Of a DNA stretch of 40,000 bases, positions 17,645 through 27,958 are shown one piece after another. The translations under genes and the position numbers were made by a program. Positions within the stretch are counted from its first letter, which is position 1. Each line of letters opens with the position of its first letter. The notes below the pieces were generated by a model. That model had not been told where the DNA came from. It did not search any database and saw nothing but the letters and a program-made list of their open reading frames with translations. Source of the stretch: Shewanella marina JCM 15074 (lineage in GTDB: Bacteria; Pseudomonadota; Gammaproteobacteria; Enterobacterales; Shewanellaceae); assembly GCF_000614975.1 (NCBI RefSeq), contig NZ_BALM01000004.1:1-40000 (forward strand). The letters run 5' to 3'.

Positions 17645-19789
17645 ATGAAAAAATCAATTGTTGTTTGCCCATACTGCGGTACCGGGTGCAAACTAAAGTT
17701 GGTTGTCGAAAATAACAAAGTCATTGCTGCTGAACCTGCTATGGGTCGTACCAATGAAGGTCAACTTTGTTTAAAAGGCTACTATGGTTGGGACTTTCTC
17801 AACGATACCAACTTATTAACACCACGCTTAAAGCAACCGATGATCCGCCGTACGCGCGAATCAGCATTAGAAGCCGTGTCTTGGGACGAAGCGATTCAAT
17901 TTGCCAGCGATAAATTAATGGCAATTAAAAAGCAATATGGTCCAGATGCAATTATGACAACAGGTTCAGCCCGCGGTCCGGGTAATGAAGCCAACTATGT
18001 GATGCAAAAATTCGCAAGGGCGGTGATCGGAACCAACAATGTCGACCATTGTGCTAGGGTGTGACATGCACCATCAGTCTCCGGTCTGGAGACAACTGTA
18101 GGTAACGGCGCAATGAGTAACGCAATTACTGAAATTCAACAAGCAAAATGTTTACTCATATTCGGTTACAACGCGGCTGATTCTCATCCTGTTGTAGCAA
18201 GACACATTCTTAAAGCTCGTGCTAATGGCGCGAAAATTATTGTATGTGATCCTCGTAAGATTGAATCTGCTCGAATTGCAGACCAATGGCTACCATTAAA
18301 CAATGGTTCGAATATGGCATTGGTTAACGCGATTGCGAACGTGATTATTGAAGAAGATCTATACGATAAAGCGTTTGTCCAAAATAATACTGAAGGTTTT
18401 GATGCCTTTAGAGAGATTGCATCTCATTATACGCCAGAGTCAGTTGAGCAGGTGACCGGCCTGAAAGCTGCTGATATTCGTTTGGCTGCACGCACATATG
18501 CTGCGGCATCTGAAGCGATGATCCTTTGGGGCATGGGTGTGACTCAGTATGGTCAAGCAGTTGATGTGGTTCGTGGTTTGGCTGGACTTGCACTGTTAAC
18601 AGGTAACTTTGGTCGCCCAGGTGTTGGTTGTGGTCCTGTACGTGGTCAAAATAACGTACAAGGCACTTGTGATATGGGCATGTTGCCGCACCAGTTCCCT
18701 GGTTATCAAAGTGTGGCTGACGATGTTATTCGTGACAAGTTTGAAAAAGCTTGGGGCGTGACATTATCAGGAACCCCTGGTTATCGTTTAACTGAAGTCG
18801 GTCATAAGGCTGATGAGGGTATTTGTAAAGCCTTCTATATCTTTGGTGAAGATCCTGCGCAAACTGAAGCTGACCTTGCTGCAATGCGTGCCACCATGCG
18901 TAAAATGGAACTTGTTATCGTACAAGATATCTTTATGACCCAAACCGCTGAATTTGCAGATGTTATTTTCCCTGCAACTAGCTGGGGCGAACATGAAGGT
19001 GTTTATAGTAGTGCCGATCGTGGTTTCCAACGTTTTTATAAAGCGGTTAATCCAAGTGGTGATGTTAAGCCAGATTGGGAAATCTTCAGCTTATTGGCAA
19101 CACGTATGGGCTATCCTATGTCGTACAGTAATACCGAAGAGATTTGGGATGAACTACGAGCATTAGCACCACTGTATGCTGGCGTGACTTATGAAAAAAT
19201 GGCTGATTTAAAGTCGGTGCAATGGCCTTGCCCAACTGAAGATCATCCTGGCACTTCATATCTGTTTGAAGGTAATAAGTTCTCGACACCATCGGGTAAA
19301 GGTATCTTTATTGGTGCTGAGTGGCGTCCGCCATTAGAGCAACCTGACAGTGACTATCCTTTAGTTTTATCAACGGTACGTGAAGTTGGGCATTATTCTT
19401 GTCGTTCAATGACGGGTAACTGTTCGGCATTACAAACGTTGGCTGATGAACCTGGCTATGTGCAAATGCATCCCGACGATGCTAAAGCGCTTGGTATTGA
19501 TGATCAGCAATTGGTGTGGGTTTCTTCACGCCGAGGTAAAGTTATTTCACGCGCAAATTATAATGATCGAGTTAATAAAGGTGTGGTTTATATGACATAC
19601 CAGTGGTGGATTGGTGCTTGTAACGAATTAACCATTGAACATGTTGATCCTATCTCAAGTACTCCTGAGTTTAAATATTGTGCTGTTAAGGTTGAACACA
19701 TTGATGATCAAGCTTGGGCTGAGAATTATGTACAAACTGAATACAGTAGTTTAAAAGCGCGCTTGAAAAGTCATGTTGCTAATGCTTAA
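17645..19789 (+). CDS. fdhF: Formate dehydrogenase H (selenocysteine-containing, molybdopterin), single gene with UGA-Sec at codon 140
   Basis: Track ORFs 17645-18064 and 18113-19789 are in the same frame. They are separated only by TGA at 18062-18064 in the context [30 protein letters not shown]. E. coli FdhH has CARVUHGPSVAGL...GNGAMSNAI with Sec140. The N-terminal CPYCGTGC 4Fe-4S motif is present. The total of 714 residues compares with 715 in E. coli. Confidence 0.9.
18065..18105 (+). promoter_or_regulatory. Bacterial SECIS hairpin immediately 3' of the fdhF UGA
   Basis: The hairpin CAGTCTCC-GGTCT-GGAGAC-AA-CTG spans 18075-18098, starting 10 nt after the UGA. The apical GGUC(U) matches the loop sequence I remember for the E. 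coli fdhF SECIS (UGCAGGUCUGCA). Confidence 0.75.
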
Positions 19790-19849
19790 TCATTATTAAT
19801 TTGAAATACTTTGTTTTAAATTAATAATTGGTGAACATTAATTAAATTT

Positions 19850-19893
19850 AAGGTCCTAAGGTAAATTATTGATTAAATTTATCTTGGGGCCTT
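19850..19893 (+). terminator. Long imperfect hairpin downstream of fdhF (possible terminator or mRNA stabiliser; no U-tract)
   Basis: 17 contiguous pairs, including 3 G-U on the plus-strand RNA, form between AAGGTCCTAAGGTAAAT and ATTTATCTTGGGGCCTT, with a 10-nt loop. It lies 60 nt after the fdhF stop. The following sequence ATACTGCC is not T-rich. Confidence 0.35.
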
Positions 19894-20094
19894 ATACTGC
19901 CATTCAATTTTATAATCATCTGTTATTAATAATAAAAGTGAGTGGGGTCGGCAGTTTTTTAAACGAGATTGATTTTATATTACTTTAGTTCGTTAATTTT
20001 TATATATGGTTATTAAACTGGTCGCTATTTGTATTCAATATGCATGAATCAATGTTTGTTATTTAGTTAGATTGGCAACAAAATAAAGGTAAGC

Positions 20095-22164
20095 ATGGAA
20101 AATTTTGAAAGTGATTTAATGACGTTCTTTAATGCCTTATTATCAGTTAATGATATATCTGGTGTAATTGATTTTTTAAATAATGAAGGATTATTATTTA
20201 TAAATGCAGATCGTGTTAATATTATTTTAAAAAAAGACAGTAACTCACAGCCTGCGCTTTATTATCAGGATCAAGATAAACAATTCCGTTGTTATGATTA
20301 TTCCCAAGACAGTTTGACCCTGCATAAAATTGCTGCTTGCGAGTATTCACACTATCTTGATGGTGATGAGCTTTATCGTACCTTTCCACAACTGGCTAAA
20401 CATCCCGCTTATCGCAATATTGCCACTTATAGTAAGATCCCCCTATTGATTGCAAATCAATCATTAGGTGCAATTGAATACATTAATTTATGTTTACCCG
20501 ATCATGATGATGTCGAGAAACAATTTAAGTTGTTCAATAATATGGTTGCTGCTGTCATCGAACATATTCTTGAACATCAAGTGACGTCCACATTAACCAA
20601 GCAATTGAGCCATGAGCATAAGAATTATCAATTTTTAGTTGATGTGACCAATACGGTGATTAATCAAACGACTAAAAAAGAATTAAGTAGTTCTTTATTA
20701 CATTATTTATATCAACGATTTGGCATGCTTGAATTGTCAATTATTCAATTAAATGATGGTCACTATAATCAATATTCAAGCTGTTTGCTGGATGACAAAA
20801 TAGAATATAGACACCATTTGTTTAGTGATGATAGTCAGATCCGAGTTGCGGTTAAAAATAATAAAGCTGTAATTTTAAATGATAAGGATATCAATCTATT
20901 ACGGTGCAGTGACAATAGTCCATATTTTTCTGATAACGTAAAAAGCGCGTGTGTTATCCCTATGATATTTAGGGGCTCGACCATTGGCTATATCTGTTAT
21001 ACCAAAATGGTTGAAACATGTTTTGAAGCTAAAGATATTGAGCTGTTTAAACAAATTTCATCGCGTGTCGCGTTAGCGATGCACAGTATAAAAGCGCATC
21101 AAGCGATGGCACCTAATCGCCCTAAAACAAAATTTATTAATATTGAAGATAGTGATGATGAATACACTATTTTTGACGATATTATCAGCAAAAGTGAAGT
21201 GATGAATAAAGTGCTTGAACAAGTTGCTATGGTAGCCAGTTGTGATAGCCGAGTATTGATTTTGGGGGAGTCTGGTACAGGTAAAGAGTTGATTGCTCGT
21301 GCAATTCATAAAATGAGCCGTCGCAGTAAAACCGATATGGTGAAAATGAATTGTGCTGCTATTCCTGCTGGGTTATTTGAAAGTGAGTTATTTGGCCATG
21401 AGCGGGGGGCTTTTACTGGGGCGACAACCCAACGTGTAGGCCGTTTTGAGCAAGCGCATAAAGGCACATTATTCTTAGATGAAATTGGCGATATGCCACT
21501 TGAACTTCAACCCAAATTATTGCGTGCGTTGCAAGAAAATGAAATTGAGCGAGTAGGAAAAAATCAGCGTATTAGTGTTGATGTACGTATTGTGGTTGCA
21601 ACCAATGTTAATCTGCTGCAGATGGTCGAGCAAAAGAAATTCCGCAATGATCTCTATTATCGCTTAAATGTTTTCCCAATTGAGATCCCACCATTACGTC
21701 AACGAGTCGAAGATATTCCATTGTTGGTCAAGCATTTTACTCGTGAGCTGGCGAACAATATGGGTAAAACTATTACCGCAATTGCCGCTGATGACATGCA
21801 ATGTTTACAACAGTTTAATTGGCCCGGAAATGTACGTGAATTGCGTAATTTTATTGAGCGATCAGTTATTTTGACCCGTGGTCACATATTAAACGTACCC
21901 GTTGAAGAATTGCACCTTTCTGAGAAATCTATTGCTGTAGAACCGAGCCTATTACCTAGCGAGACTTCCGTTGTATTACCCAGTAGCAATAGCAGTAAAC
22001 CTGTGATTGCGAAGCAAGCCATTATTGATGCGTTAACTATTTGTCATGGTGTAATCGCAGGCCCCAATGGTGCTGCGCAACAACTTGGGCTAAAACGCAC
22101 AACATTATTATCTCGTATGCAAAAGCTTGGTATTAATAGCCAAGATTATCGACTAATGAGTTGA
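20095..22164 (+). CDS. fhlA: Formate hydrogenlyase transcriptional activator FhlA (sigma54-dependent, GAF-GAF-AAA+-HTH)
   Basis: The 689 aa product compares with 692 aa in E. coli. It has a long N-terminal sensory region. The AAA+ core carries [34 protein letters not shown] and NVRELRN. A C-terminal Fis-type HTH is present ([21 protein letters not shown]). Confidence 0.9.
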   Translation: MENFESDLMTFFNALLSVNDISGVIDFLNNEGLLFINADRVNIILKKDSNSQPALYYQDQDKQFRCYDYSQDSLTLHKIAACEYSHYLDGDELYRTFPQLAKHPAYRNIATYSKIPLLIANQSLGAIEYINLCLPDHDDVEKQFKLFNNMVAAVIEHILEHQVTSTLTKQLSHEHKNYQFLVDVTNTVINQTTKKELSSSLLHYLYQRFGMLELSIIQLNDGHYNQYSSCLLDDKIEYRHHLFSDDSQIRVAVKNNKAVILNDKDINLLRCSDNSPYFSDNVKSACVIPMIFRGSTIGYICYTKMVETCFEAKDIELFKQISSRVALAMHSIKAHQAMAPNRPKTKFINIEDSDDEYTIFDDIISKSEVMNKVLEQVAMVASCDSRVLILGESGTGKELIARAIHKMSRRSKTDMVKMNCAAIPAGLFESELFGHERGAFTGATTQRVGRFEQAHKGTLFLDEIGDMPLELQPKLLRALQENEIERVGKNQRISVDVRIVVATNVNLLQMVEQKKFRNDLYYRLNVFPIEIPPLRQRVEDIPLLVKHFTRELANNMGKTITAIAADDMQCLQQFNWPGNVRELRNFIERSVILTRGHILNVPVEELHLSEKSIAVEPSLLPSETSVVLPSSNSSKPVIAKQAIIDALTICHGVIAGPNGAAQQLGLKRTTLLSRMQKLGINSQDYRLMS

Positions 22165-22186
22165 ACATCATTATGAGGAAAAGAGT

Positions 22187-23017
22187 TTGGGGGCTTTAGA
22201 GGTGTTACTTGAGCCAATATTCGATAGTGCCAATGAACAGACTATTGTTCGTTATCGAAAAGGTAAAAATGATAGTCAAGAGGTGGACTTTATTATTGAA
22301 GAGACACCTGTAGCGGTATCGTATAATGATATCGCTTATACCGTGATGATGTGTACTCCACATGATTTAGAGCAATTTGCTGTTGGTTTTTCGTTATCTG
22401 AGGGGATTATTAATCATCATCGTGAAATTCACGATATTGCTATTGTGCCTAATTGCCAAGGCATCAATATTAATATCACGGTAGCAAATCGATGTTTGGC
22501 CCGGTTGCAGCAAAAACGTCGTTCTTTAGCTGGGATGACAGGTTGCGGCATTTGCGGCGAAGAAAAACTTGAAACAGTACGCCACCCGTTAACGCCATTA
22601 AGTTCGTCTGTAAGGTTTGATTTAGGTCAACTTGATCATATTTTGGCGCAGTTATTACAGCTACAGCAATTAAACCAACTTACAGGTGCCGCACACGCCG
22701 CAGCTTACATTGATAGTGATGGCAATATTGTGACTATTTATGAAGATGTTGGTCGTCATATTGCGCTAGATAAGTTAGTTGGCCATATTCATCAACAGCA
22801 ATTATCAGGTGGTGTTGTATTAGTGACCAGCCGAGCGAGTTTTGAAATGGTACAAAAAGCAGCCGCTGCAGGTATTGAAGTGTTGCTTGCTATTTCGTCG
22901 GCTACACAGATGGCGATTGATTTGGCTCGGCAGTTAAATGTCACCTTGGTTGGTCATTGTCGATTGGGTAGAGCTGATGCTTATAGTCACCCACAGCGGA
23001 TTATAGGCACCATTTAA
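22187..23017 (+). CDS. fdhD: Formate dehydrogenase sulfurtransferase/accessory protein FdhD
   Basis: The TTG start is preceded by SD GAGGAA. LAGMTGCGICGEE, EDVGRHIALDKLVG and LVTSRASFEMVQKAAAAGIEVL are collinear with E. coli FdhD (277 aa). Confidence 0.85.
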   Translation: MGALEVLLEPIFDSANEQTIVRYRKGKNDSQEVDFIIEETPVAVSYNDIAYTVMMCTPHDLEQFAVGFSLSEGIINHHREIHDIAIVPNCQGININITVANRCLARLQQKRRSLAGMTGCGICGEEKLETVRHPLTPLSSSVRFDLGQLDHILAQLLQLQQLNQLTGAAHAAAYIDSDGNIVTIYEDVGRHIALDKLVGHIHQQQLSGGVVLVTSRASFEMVQKAAAAGIEVLLAISSATQMAIDLARQLNVTLVGHCRLGRADAYSHPQRIIGTI

Positions 23018-23064
23018 TTATATCGCGGTAGTGTCAATGATTGACGCCATAGAGAAAGGCAATT

Positions 23065-23406
23065 ATGCATGAATTATCATTGAGCTTAAACACGGTTGAT
23101 ACTGTTGTTGCACAAGCTCAAAAACAAGGTTTTAAGCGTGTGACTAAAGTGACTTTGGCAATTGGCACTTTGTCTTGTATTGAGCATCAAGCCTTAGCAA
23201 CAGGTTTTGAATTTGCTAGTCGAGGCACCATTGCTGAAGCAGCAATATTCGAAATTGAGGCGGTTGCAGCAAAGGTTTGGTGTTTAGATTGTCAGCAATA
23301 TGTGTTGATTGCTGAGCGTGGAATTTGCTGCCCTATATGCCAAGGTTATCAACTTAAAGTTGAAGCCGGCGAAGAATTAATGATTAAACATATCGAGGTT
23401 GAATAA
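23065..23406 (+). CDS. hypA: Hydrogenase nickel-insertion protein HypA
   Basis: The 113 aa product has the MHELSL N-terminus (Ni site) and the zinc motifs CLDC...CPIC. Confidence 0.9.
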   Translation: MHELSLSLNTVDTVVAQAQKQGFKRVTKVTLAIGTLSCIEHQALATGFEFASRGTIAEAAIFEIEAVAAKVWCLDCQQYVLIAERGICCPICQGYQLKVEAGEELMIKHIEVE

Positions 23407-24368
23407 TGTGTAATGTATGTGGCTGTGGTGAGAGCCAAATAGAAGCGCATTCGCATGAGCATCATCATGTGACAGATGCACCATCTACTACTGAAACGCC
23501 ACAAACGGTGGTAATCCATCATCATTATCATCATCAAGGCGATGTGCATCATCATGTTCATTATACCTTACCTGCGGGCATGCAACCTGCGATGGCTGAT
23601 ATTCCACCCCACCATAATGAACATCAACCTGAACAGCTAACTGGTGGTGATTTACACTATGGTAAAGGTGAAGCACAAGTACATGTGAGTGGCGTATCTC
23701 AACGTCAATTATTAACTTTAGAGATGGATATTTTAGGTAATAATAATCACCTTGCAGCCCATAACCGCGAACATTTTATTGAAAATCAACAGTTGGTATT
23801 GAATTTAGTTTCAAGCCCTGGCTCTGGTAAAACCACGTTACTCACTGAAACCTTAATGCGTTTAAAAGATGATTATGCTTGTGCCGTTATTGAGGGGGAT
23901 CAACAAACCAGTAATGATGCCGATCGTATTCGTGCAACTACAGTACCGGCAATACAAGTGAATACAGGTAAAGGTTGTCATCTTGACGCGCAAATGATCC
24001 ATGATGCTTATCATCAACTTGGGCTTAATGATGCAGGATTTTTGTTTATTGAAAATGTTGGTAACTTAGTTTGCCCTGCCAGTTTTGATTTAGGCGAGGC
24101 TGCAAAAGTGGCTATATTGTCAGTGACAGAAGGGGAGGATAAACCGCTTAAATATCCTAATATGTTTGCTGCAGCCGAGTTAATGATCATCAATAAGATC
24201 GATTTACTTCCTTATGTCGATATTAATATTGACGATTGCATTATTAATGCAAAAAAAGTTAATCCTACAATCAAAGTGATTAAGTTATCTGCAAAAACTG
24301 GGGCAGGTATGGATGCATGGTTAAATTGGTTAACTGAACATCTGCAGCAATTATCGATTAAAGTATAA
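23406..24368 (+). CDS. hypB: Hydrogenase nickel-incorporation GTPase HypB with a His-rich N-terminal region
   Basis: The N-terminal motif is CNVCGCG. By my count there are about 17 His between residues about 15 and 73. The G-domain carries [18 protein letters not shown] and INKIDL. The start overlaps the hypA stop (TAATG). Confidence 0.9.
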   Translation: MCNVCGCGESQIEAHSHEHHHVTDAPSTTETPQTVVIHHHYHHQGDVHHHVHYTLPAGMQPAMADIPPHHNEHQPEQLTGGDLHYGKGEAQVHVSGVSQRQLLTLEMDILGNNNHLAAHNREHFIENQQLVLNLVSSPGSGKTTLLTETLMRLKDDYACAVIEGDQQTSNDADRIRATTVPAIQVNTGKGCHLDAQMIHDAYHQLGLNDAGFLFIENVGNLVCPASFDLGEAAKVAILSVTEGEDKPLKYPNMFAAAELMIINKIDLLPYVDINIDDCIINAKKVNPTIKVIKLSAKTGAGMDAWLNWLTEHLQQLSIKV

Positions 24369-24381
24369 AAGTGAATAAAAC

Positions 24382-24416
24382 GAAACCTGCTAGTGCGCTA
24401 GCGGGTTTCATTTTTG
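24382..24416. terminator. Bidirectional rho-independent terminator between convergent hypB and ppnP
   Basis: A 12-bp stem GAAACCTGCTAG / CTAGCGGGTTTC (one G-U pair) with loop TGCG has T-runs on both flanks (ATTTTTG on plus, GTTTTATT on minus). Confidence 0.75.
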
Positions 24417-24436
24417 TAATGATGGTTTATAAACTA

Positions 24437-24718
24437 TTAACCGTAGATACAAAGATAAGCGGTTTGAGTCGCTACTTTGACTTGAAATTTAGCATCACCG
24501 ATAACTGAGAACTGCTCGCCAGCATTAAAAGTCTGCCATTCACTCTCGCCTGGTAGCATTACTGTAAGTGCGCCAGAGATCACTTGCATCACTTCTGGTG
24601 CAGCTGTACCAAATTCATAATCACCTGCTTCCATTACGCCTACTGATGCGGGCTTGTCAGTACCAGCGAAAGAGATAGACTTAACTTGACCTTCAAAATA
24701 TTCGTTTACTGTTAGCAT
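24437..24718 (-). CDS. ppnP: Pyrimidine/purine nucleoside phosphorylase PpnP (YaiE, DUF1255)
   Basis: The 93 aa product reads [13 protein letters not shown]...[28 protein letters not shown]...YLCIY, collinear with remembered E. coli YaiE. Confidence 0.85.
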   Translation of the reverse strand: MLTVNEYFEGQVKSISFAGTDKPASVGVMEAGDYEFGTAAPEVMQVISGALTVMLPGESEWQTFNAGEQFSVIGDAKFQVKVATQTAYLCIYG

Positions 24719-25095
24719 GATGATTCCTTTTTTAATTAGTATATATGTTCAGCGATTAAACCGATGAGCACGTTAATAAGAATAAACTTAATGGCAGTAT
24801 CATAGCGATAAACCTTATTGCGGCAAGTTATTTAGATTTAGGATAGATATTGCAATTAATGCTAATAACAAATATCAAATAATATAGTTCACATTAATTA
24901 TAATATTCAACATATGGTGCTGGGTTTTAACTTCGTGTATTTAAGAATATTTAGTTTTATCTAGTGAATGATAAAAGATACAATATCTCTCTTTGTGTTA
25001 ATTATTTTTATTGTTACTTGTTAATTAGTAGTGTGATTAATGTTGTAATTTGTATTATCAGTTTATTTCCCCCACCTTTTTAGTAGAAATTTATT

Positions 25096-25626
25096 ATGTT
25101 TAAATCGCTAATCTTAGTCGTATTGTTTTGTTTTTCGGCTGTTGCTAATGCTAATTCATATTTTAATCAATCAAATGAGATTCCTGTATATGTATGCACG
25201 ATTAGACCATTCAGTGAAACCTTTGTTGATGTGGGGCTGAGCGAGGATATTGCGCGTTATAAAGTGTCTAAGCGATGTCAGCTAACTCAAGGTGATAATA
25301 GTATTTTTTGTCGAGCGAATAAGGCGAGTTGTATTGTGTCATCACTGGGTCGAGGATATCCAAGTCATAATACTGAAGGGGTCGTTATTTATGCGGATCT
25401 TAATCAGACGGGCCAAACGGTACGAATTAATAGCGATATTGCCGATTTATCTCAATACAATTTTAATAATCAAATGTCTTCTTTTTCAATTCCGATGGGA
25501 TGGACTGTTCGTTTTTATGACGGTAAACATTTTTCGGGTGATTATTATACTCGAACGGGGGGTTATGCAAACGCAACTGGATTTGACAACAGCATCAGTT
25601 CAATCAAGGTGTTAAGTCGACATTAA
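25096..25626 (+). CDS. Secreted protein of unknown function with a C-terminal beta/gamma-crystallin-like (I36 inhibitor-like) domain
   Basis: A signal peptide MFKSLILVVLFCFSAVANA is followed by an N-terminal 4-Cys segment. The C-terminal segment VVIYADLNQTGQTVRI...NQMSSFSIPMGWTVRFYDGKHFSG...DNSISSIKV resembles a Greek-key beta/gamma-crystallin repeat. The assignment rests on motifs only. Confidence 0.55.
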   Translation: MFKSLILVVLFCFSAVANANSYFNQSNEIPVYVCTIRPFSETFVDVGLSEDIARYKVSKRCQLTQGDNSIFCRANKASCIVSSLGRGYPSHNTEGVVIYADLNQTGQTVRINSDIADLSQYNFNNQMSSFSIPMGWTVRFYDGKHFSGDYYTRTGGYANATGFDNSISSIKVLSRH

Positions 25627-25677
25627 CTGCTTTGTATTGATGTTTTTGGCTTAGTATTGATATCGCCAAGTGAATCA

Positions 25678-25707
25678 ATAACGTGTTAACGATCATTAAC
25701 ACGTTAT
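25678..25707. terminator. Perfect 12-bp-stem hairpin between convergent genes (probable bidirectional terminator, weak U-tracts)
   Basis: ATAACGTGTTAA-CGATCA-TTAACACGTTAT lies between the stop of the 25096-25626 gene and the stop of the OCD-family gene at 25745. Confidence 0.5.
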
Positions 25708-25744
25708 CGTTAGCATCAGAAGGGTAGTTTTGTAGGCAATAAGC

Positions 25745-26662
25745 TTATTCAGTTTTTGCCAGTGCTAAAATATTGGCTGCAACAAATAGATCTTGAATGG
25801 CAATTCCTGAGCTATCAAAGACGGTGATTTCAGCATCTGTTTGGCGACCTAATTGGCGGTGATTAATAATATGGCCAATCTCAGTGATTTGATCGTGCGT
25901 GCAATGTTGGAATTCACCAATCACTTTTGATTGCGATTTAAAATCACAAAAAAGTTTAGCGTGTTGATATAGTGCAATTGGTAGCTCTTGTTTACCCACT
26001 TTATCCGCGCCCATCGCTGAAATATGAGTGCCGGCTTTAACCCATTCTGCTTTGAATAATGGGGTCTGCGCCGTGGTCGCAGTCACAATCATATCTGCTT
26101 GTTCACAAGCATATTGTGCTTCTGCTTCTTCACAATTAATGCCATAAGCTGCAATTTTATCAACAAACTTAGCCGCATTCTCAGGATTACGGCCAACCAC
26201 ATAAACCTGTGTTAACTGGCGGATTTTACTGATTGCTAGCACTTCATATTCAGCTTGGTGGCCGCTACCAAAAATGGTGAGTACACTCGCATCTTCTTTT
26301 GCTAGATGATTAACTGCAACCGCATCTGCTGCTGCGGTGCGGTAAGCATTGACTTTCGTGGCGGCGATTGCTGCTTCAAGCTCACCTGTGGCAGGATTTA
26401 ATAAAAATACCGTTGTGCCATGGCAAGGGAGCCCTTTATTTTGGTTTTCTGGCCAGTAACTTCCTGTTTTCCATCCCACTAAGTTAGGCGTGCAAGCTGA
26501 TTTTAATGAAAACATGGCGTCTGTTTGTGGCCCAGCGGCGTTGACGACTGGAAATAATTGAGCTTGATCGCCAATTGCTGCAACAAATGCCTGTTCTACT
26601 GCGGTATAAGCTAATTCATGCGAAATGAGTTTTGATGTTTGTGCTTCAGATAGATAAATCAT
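25745..26662 (-). CDS. Ornithine cyclodeaminase / mu-crystallin family NAD(P)-dependent enzyme
   Basis: It has an OCD/mu-crystallin-like sequence with a Rossmann motif (LTIFGSGHQAEYE). I prefer the ATG at 26660-26662, which is 1 nt after the upstream gene's stop, over the track start at 26701, which would overlap by 38 nt. Confidence 0.75.
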   Translation of the reverse strand: MIYLSEAQTSKLISHELAYTAVEQAFVAAIGDQAQLFPVVNAAGPQTDAMFSLKSACTPNLVGWKTGSYWPENQNKGLPCHGTTVFLLNPATGELEAAIAATKVNAYRTAAADAVAVNHLAKEDASVLTIFGSGHQAEYEVLAISKIRQLTQVYVVGRNPENAAKFVDKIAAYGINCEEAEAQYACEQADMIVTATTAQTPLFKAEWVKAGTHISAMGADKVGKQELPIALYQHAKLFCDFKSQSKVIGEFQHCTHDQITEIGHIINHRQLGRQTDAEITVFDSSGIAIQDLFVAANILALAKTE

Positions 26663-26663
26663 A

Positions 26664-27830
26664 TTACCAGCCTTGTATGCGATTCCAGATTTGGTAGTCA
26701 TTGTTGTTCAGATCAAATACATGATATTGAGCATGCATTGATGCCGTTGCGCAGGCATGATTTGGCAGAATATGTAAGCGACTGCCCACGGGGAATAAAC
26801 TGAGATCAATCTGGTTGCCATCGGTCGCTTGAATAATTCCGTGCTCTTGATTAACCGTAATAACTTGTAGTCCCGTTAATACTTGGCCGTTAGTGTCACA
26901 GACTAAACCGTAGCCGCAGTCTTTAGGTTGTTCAGCGGTACCTCTGTCAGCTGAAAGCGCCATCCAACCTGCATCGACAAATATCCAGTTTTTGTCATGG
27001 TTATGACCAATAACACTGGTCACGACACTGGCAGCAATATCACTTAGTTGACACACATTTAAGCCCGCCATGACCAAGTCAAAGAAGGTATACACACCAG
27101 CGCGAACTTCGGTTATGCCATCAAGATGTTGATAGCTTTGCGCGGTTGGCGTTGAGCCGATACTGACGATAGGACACGCGATTCCAGCTTGGCGAATACG
27201 TTCGGCGGCGAGTGCTGCTGCTGCCACTTCGTTTTCCGCGGCTGCAATCAGTGCTTGTTGCTCAAAACATTGATAAGACTCACCTGCGTGAGTTAATACG
27301 CCTTGAAAATCTGCGGCACCTGTTTCAAGTAATTGTGCAATTTCGATTAATTTTGGATCTTCAGGTGGAATGCCACCACGGTGACCGTCACAGTCAATTT
27401 CAATCAGTGCCGCAATACTGCACTGGTGCGCTTCGCAGAAATGATTTAATTGCTTGGCTTGCTCAAGGCTATCTAAGATAACTCGGGCGTGAATACCTTG
27501 TGCTTGTAATTGGGCGATTCTGGGTAATTTGGTATCGGCAATACCGACAGCGTAGATAATGTCGGTATAACCCTTACTTGCTAATGCTTCTGCTTCTTTT
27601 ACGGTAGATACGGTAACGGGCGCATCTTTAGTTGGCAGTAAGTACTCTGCGGCTTCGAGTGCTCTTACTGTTTTAAAATGGGGCCGCAAATTAGCCCCTA
27701 GTCCTTCAATCTTTGAACGGAGTTGCTGCAAATTATTGATGAATACGGGCTTGTTAACATATAGAAATGGCGTATCAATAGTTTGATAGTGAGTTAACAG
27801 GGCAGGGCGTTGGCTAATAGGCATGGTCAT
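26664..27830 (-). CDS. Fold-type III PLP enzyme, D-serine dehydratase-like / D-threonine aldolase-like (DSD1 family)
   Basis: The alanine-racemase-N-like domain carries the PLP-lysine motif RPHFKT. The C-terminal LPNHAC resembles the metal-binding His/Cys of Zn-dependent D-serine dehydratases. Confidence 0.7.
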   Translation of the reverse strand: MTMPISQRPALLTHYQTIDTPFLYVNKPVFINNLQQLRSKIEGLGANLRPHFKTVRALEAAEYLLPTKDAPVTVSTVKEAEALASKGYTDIIYAVGIADTKLPRIAQLQAQGIHARVILDSLEQAKQLNHFCEAHQCSIAALIEIDCDGHRGGIPPEDPKLIEIAQLLETGAADFQGVLTHAGESYQCFEQQALIAAAENEVAAAALAAERIRQAGIACPIVSIGSTPTAQSYQHLDGITEVRAGVYTFFDLVMAGLNVCQLSDIAASVVTSVIGHNHDKNWIFVDAGWMALSADRGTAEQPKDCGYGLVCDTNGQVLTGLQVITVNQEHGIIQATDGNQIDLSLFPVGSRLHILPNHACATASMHAQYHVFDLNNNDYQIWNRIQGW

Positions 27831-27958
27831 TGAGTAAATCCATCGAAAGTGAATATTTAATTAAACAGTTTGAAGCTGCTCATATTTCTATGATTGTGGT
27901 TAGTATCTAACAAGTTAGTTTTCTTTTATATTAACTATTATCAAGATATAGATTAGGT

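Noticed and set aside
20072-20090. TTGGCAA just upstream of fhlA as a third sigma54 promoter
   Set aside because: The position 10 nt after the GG is AA, not GC. It is also only about 10 nt from the start codon, overlapping the RBS.
23349-23676. Met/His-rich minus-strand ORFs (70 aa and 62 aa)
   Set aside because: They are the complement of the CAT/CAC-rich His stretch of hypB (ATG/GTG on the other strand). This is a low-complexity artefact.
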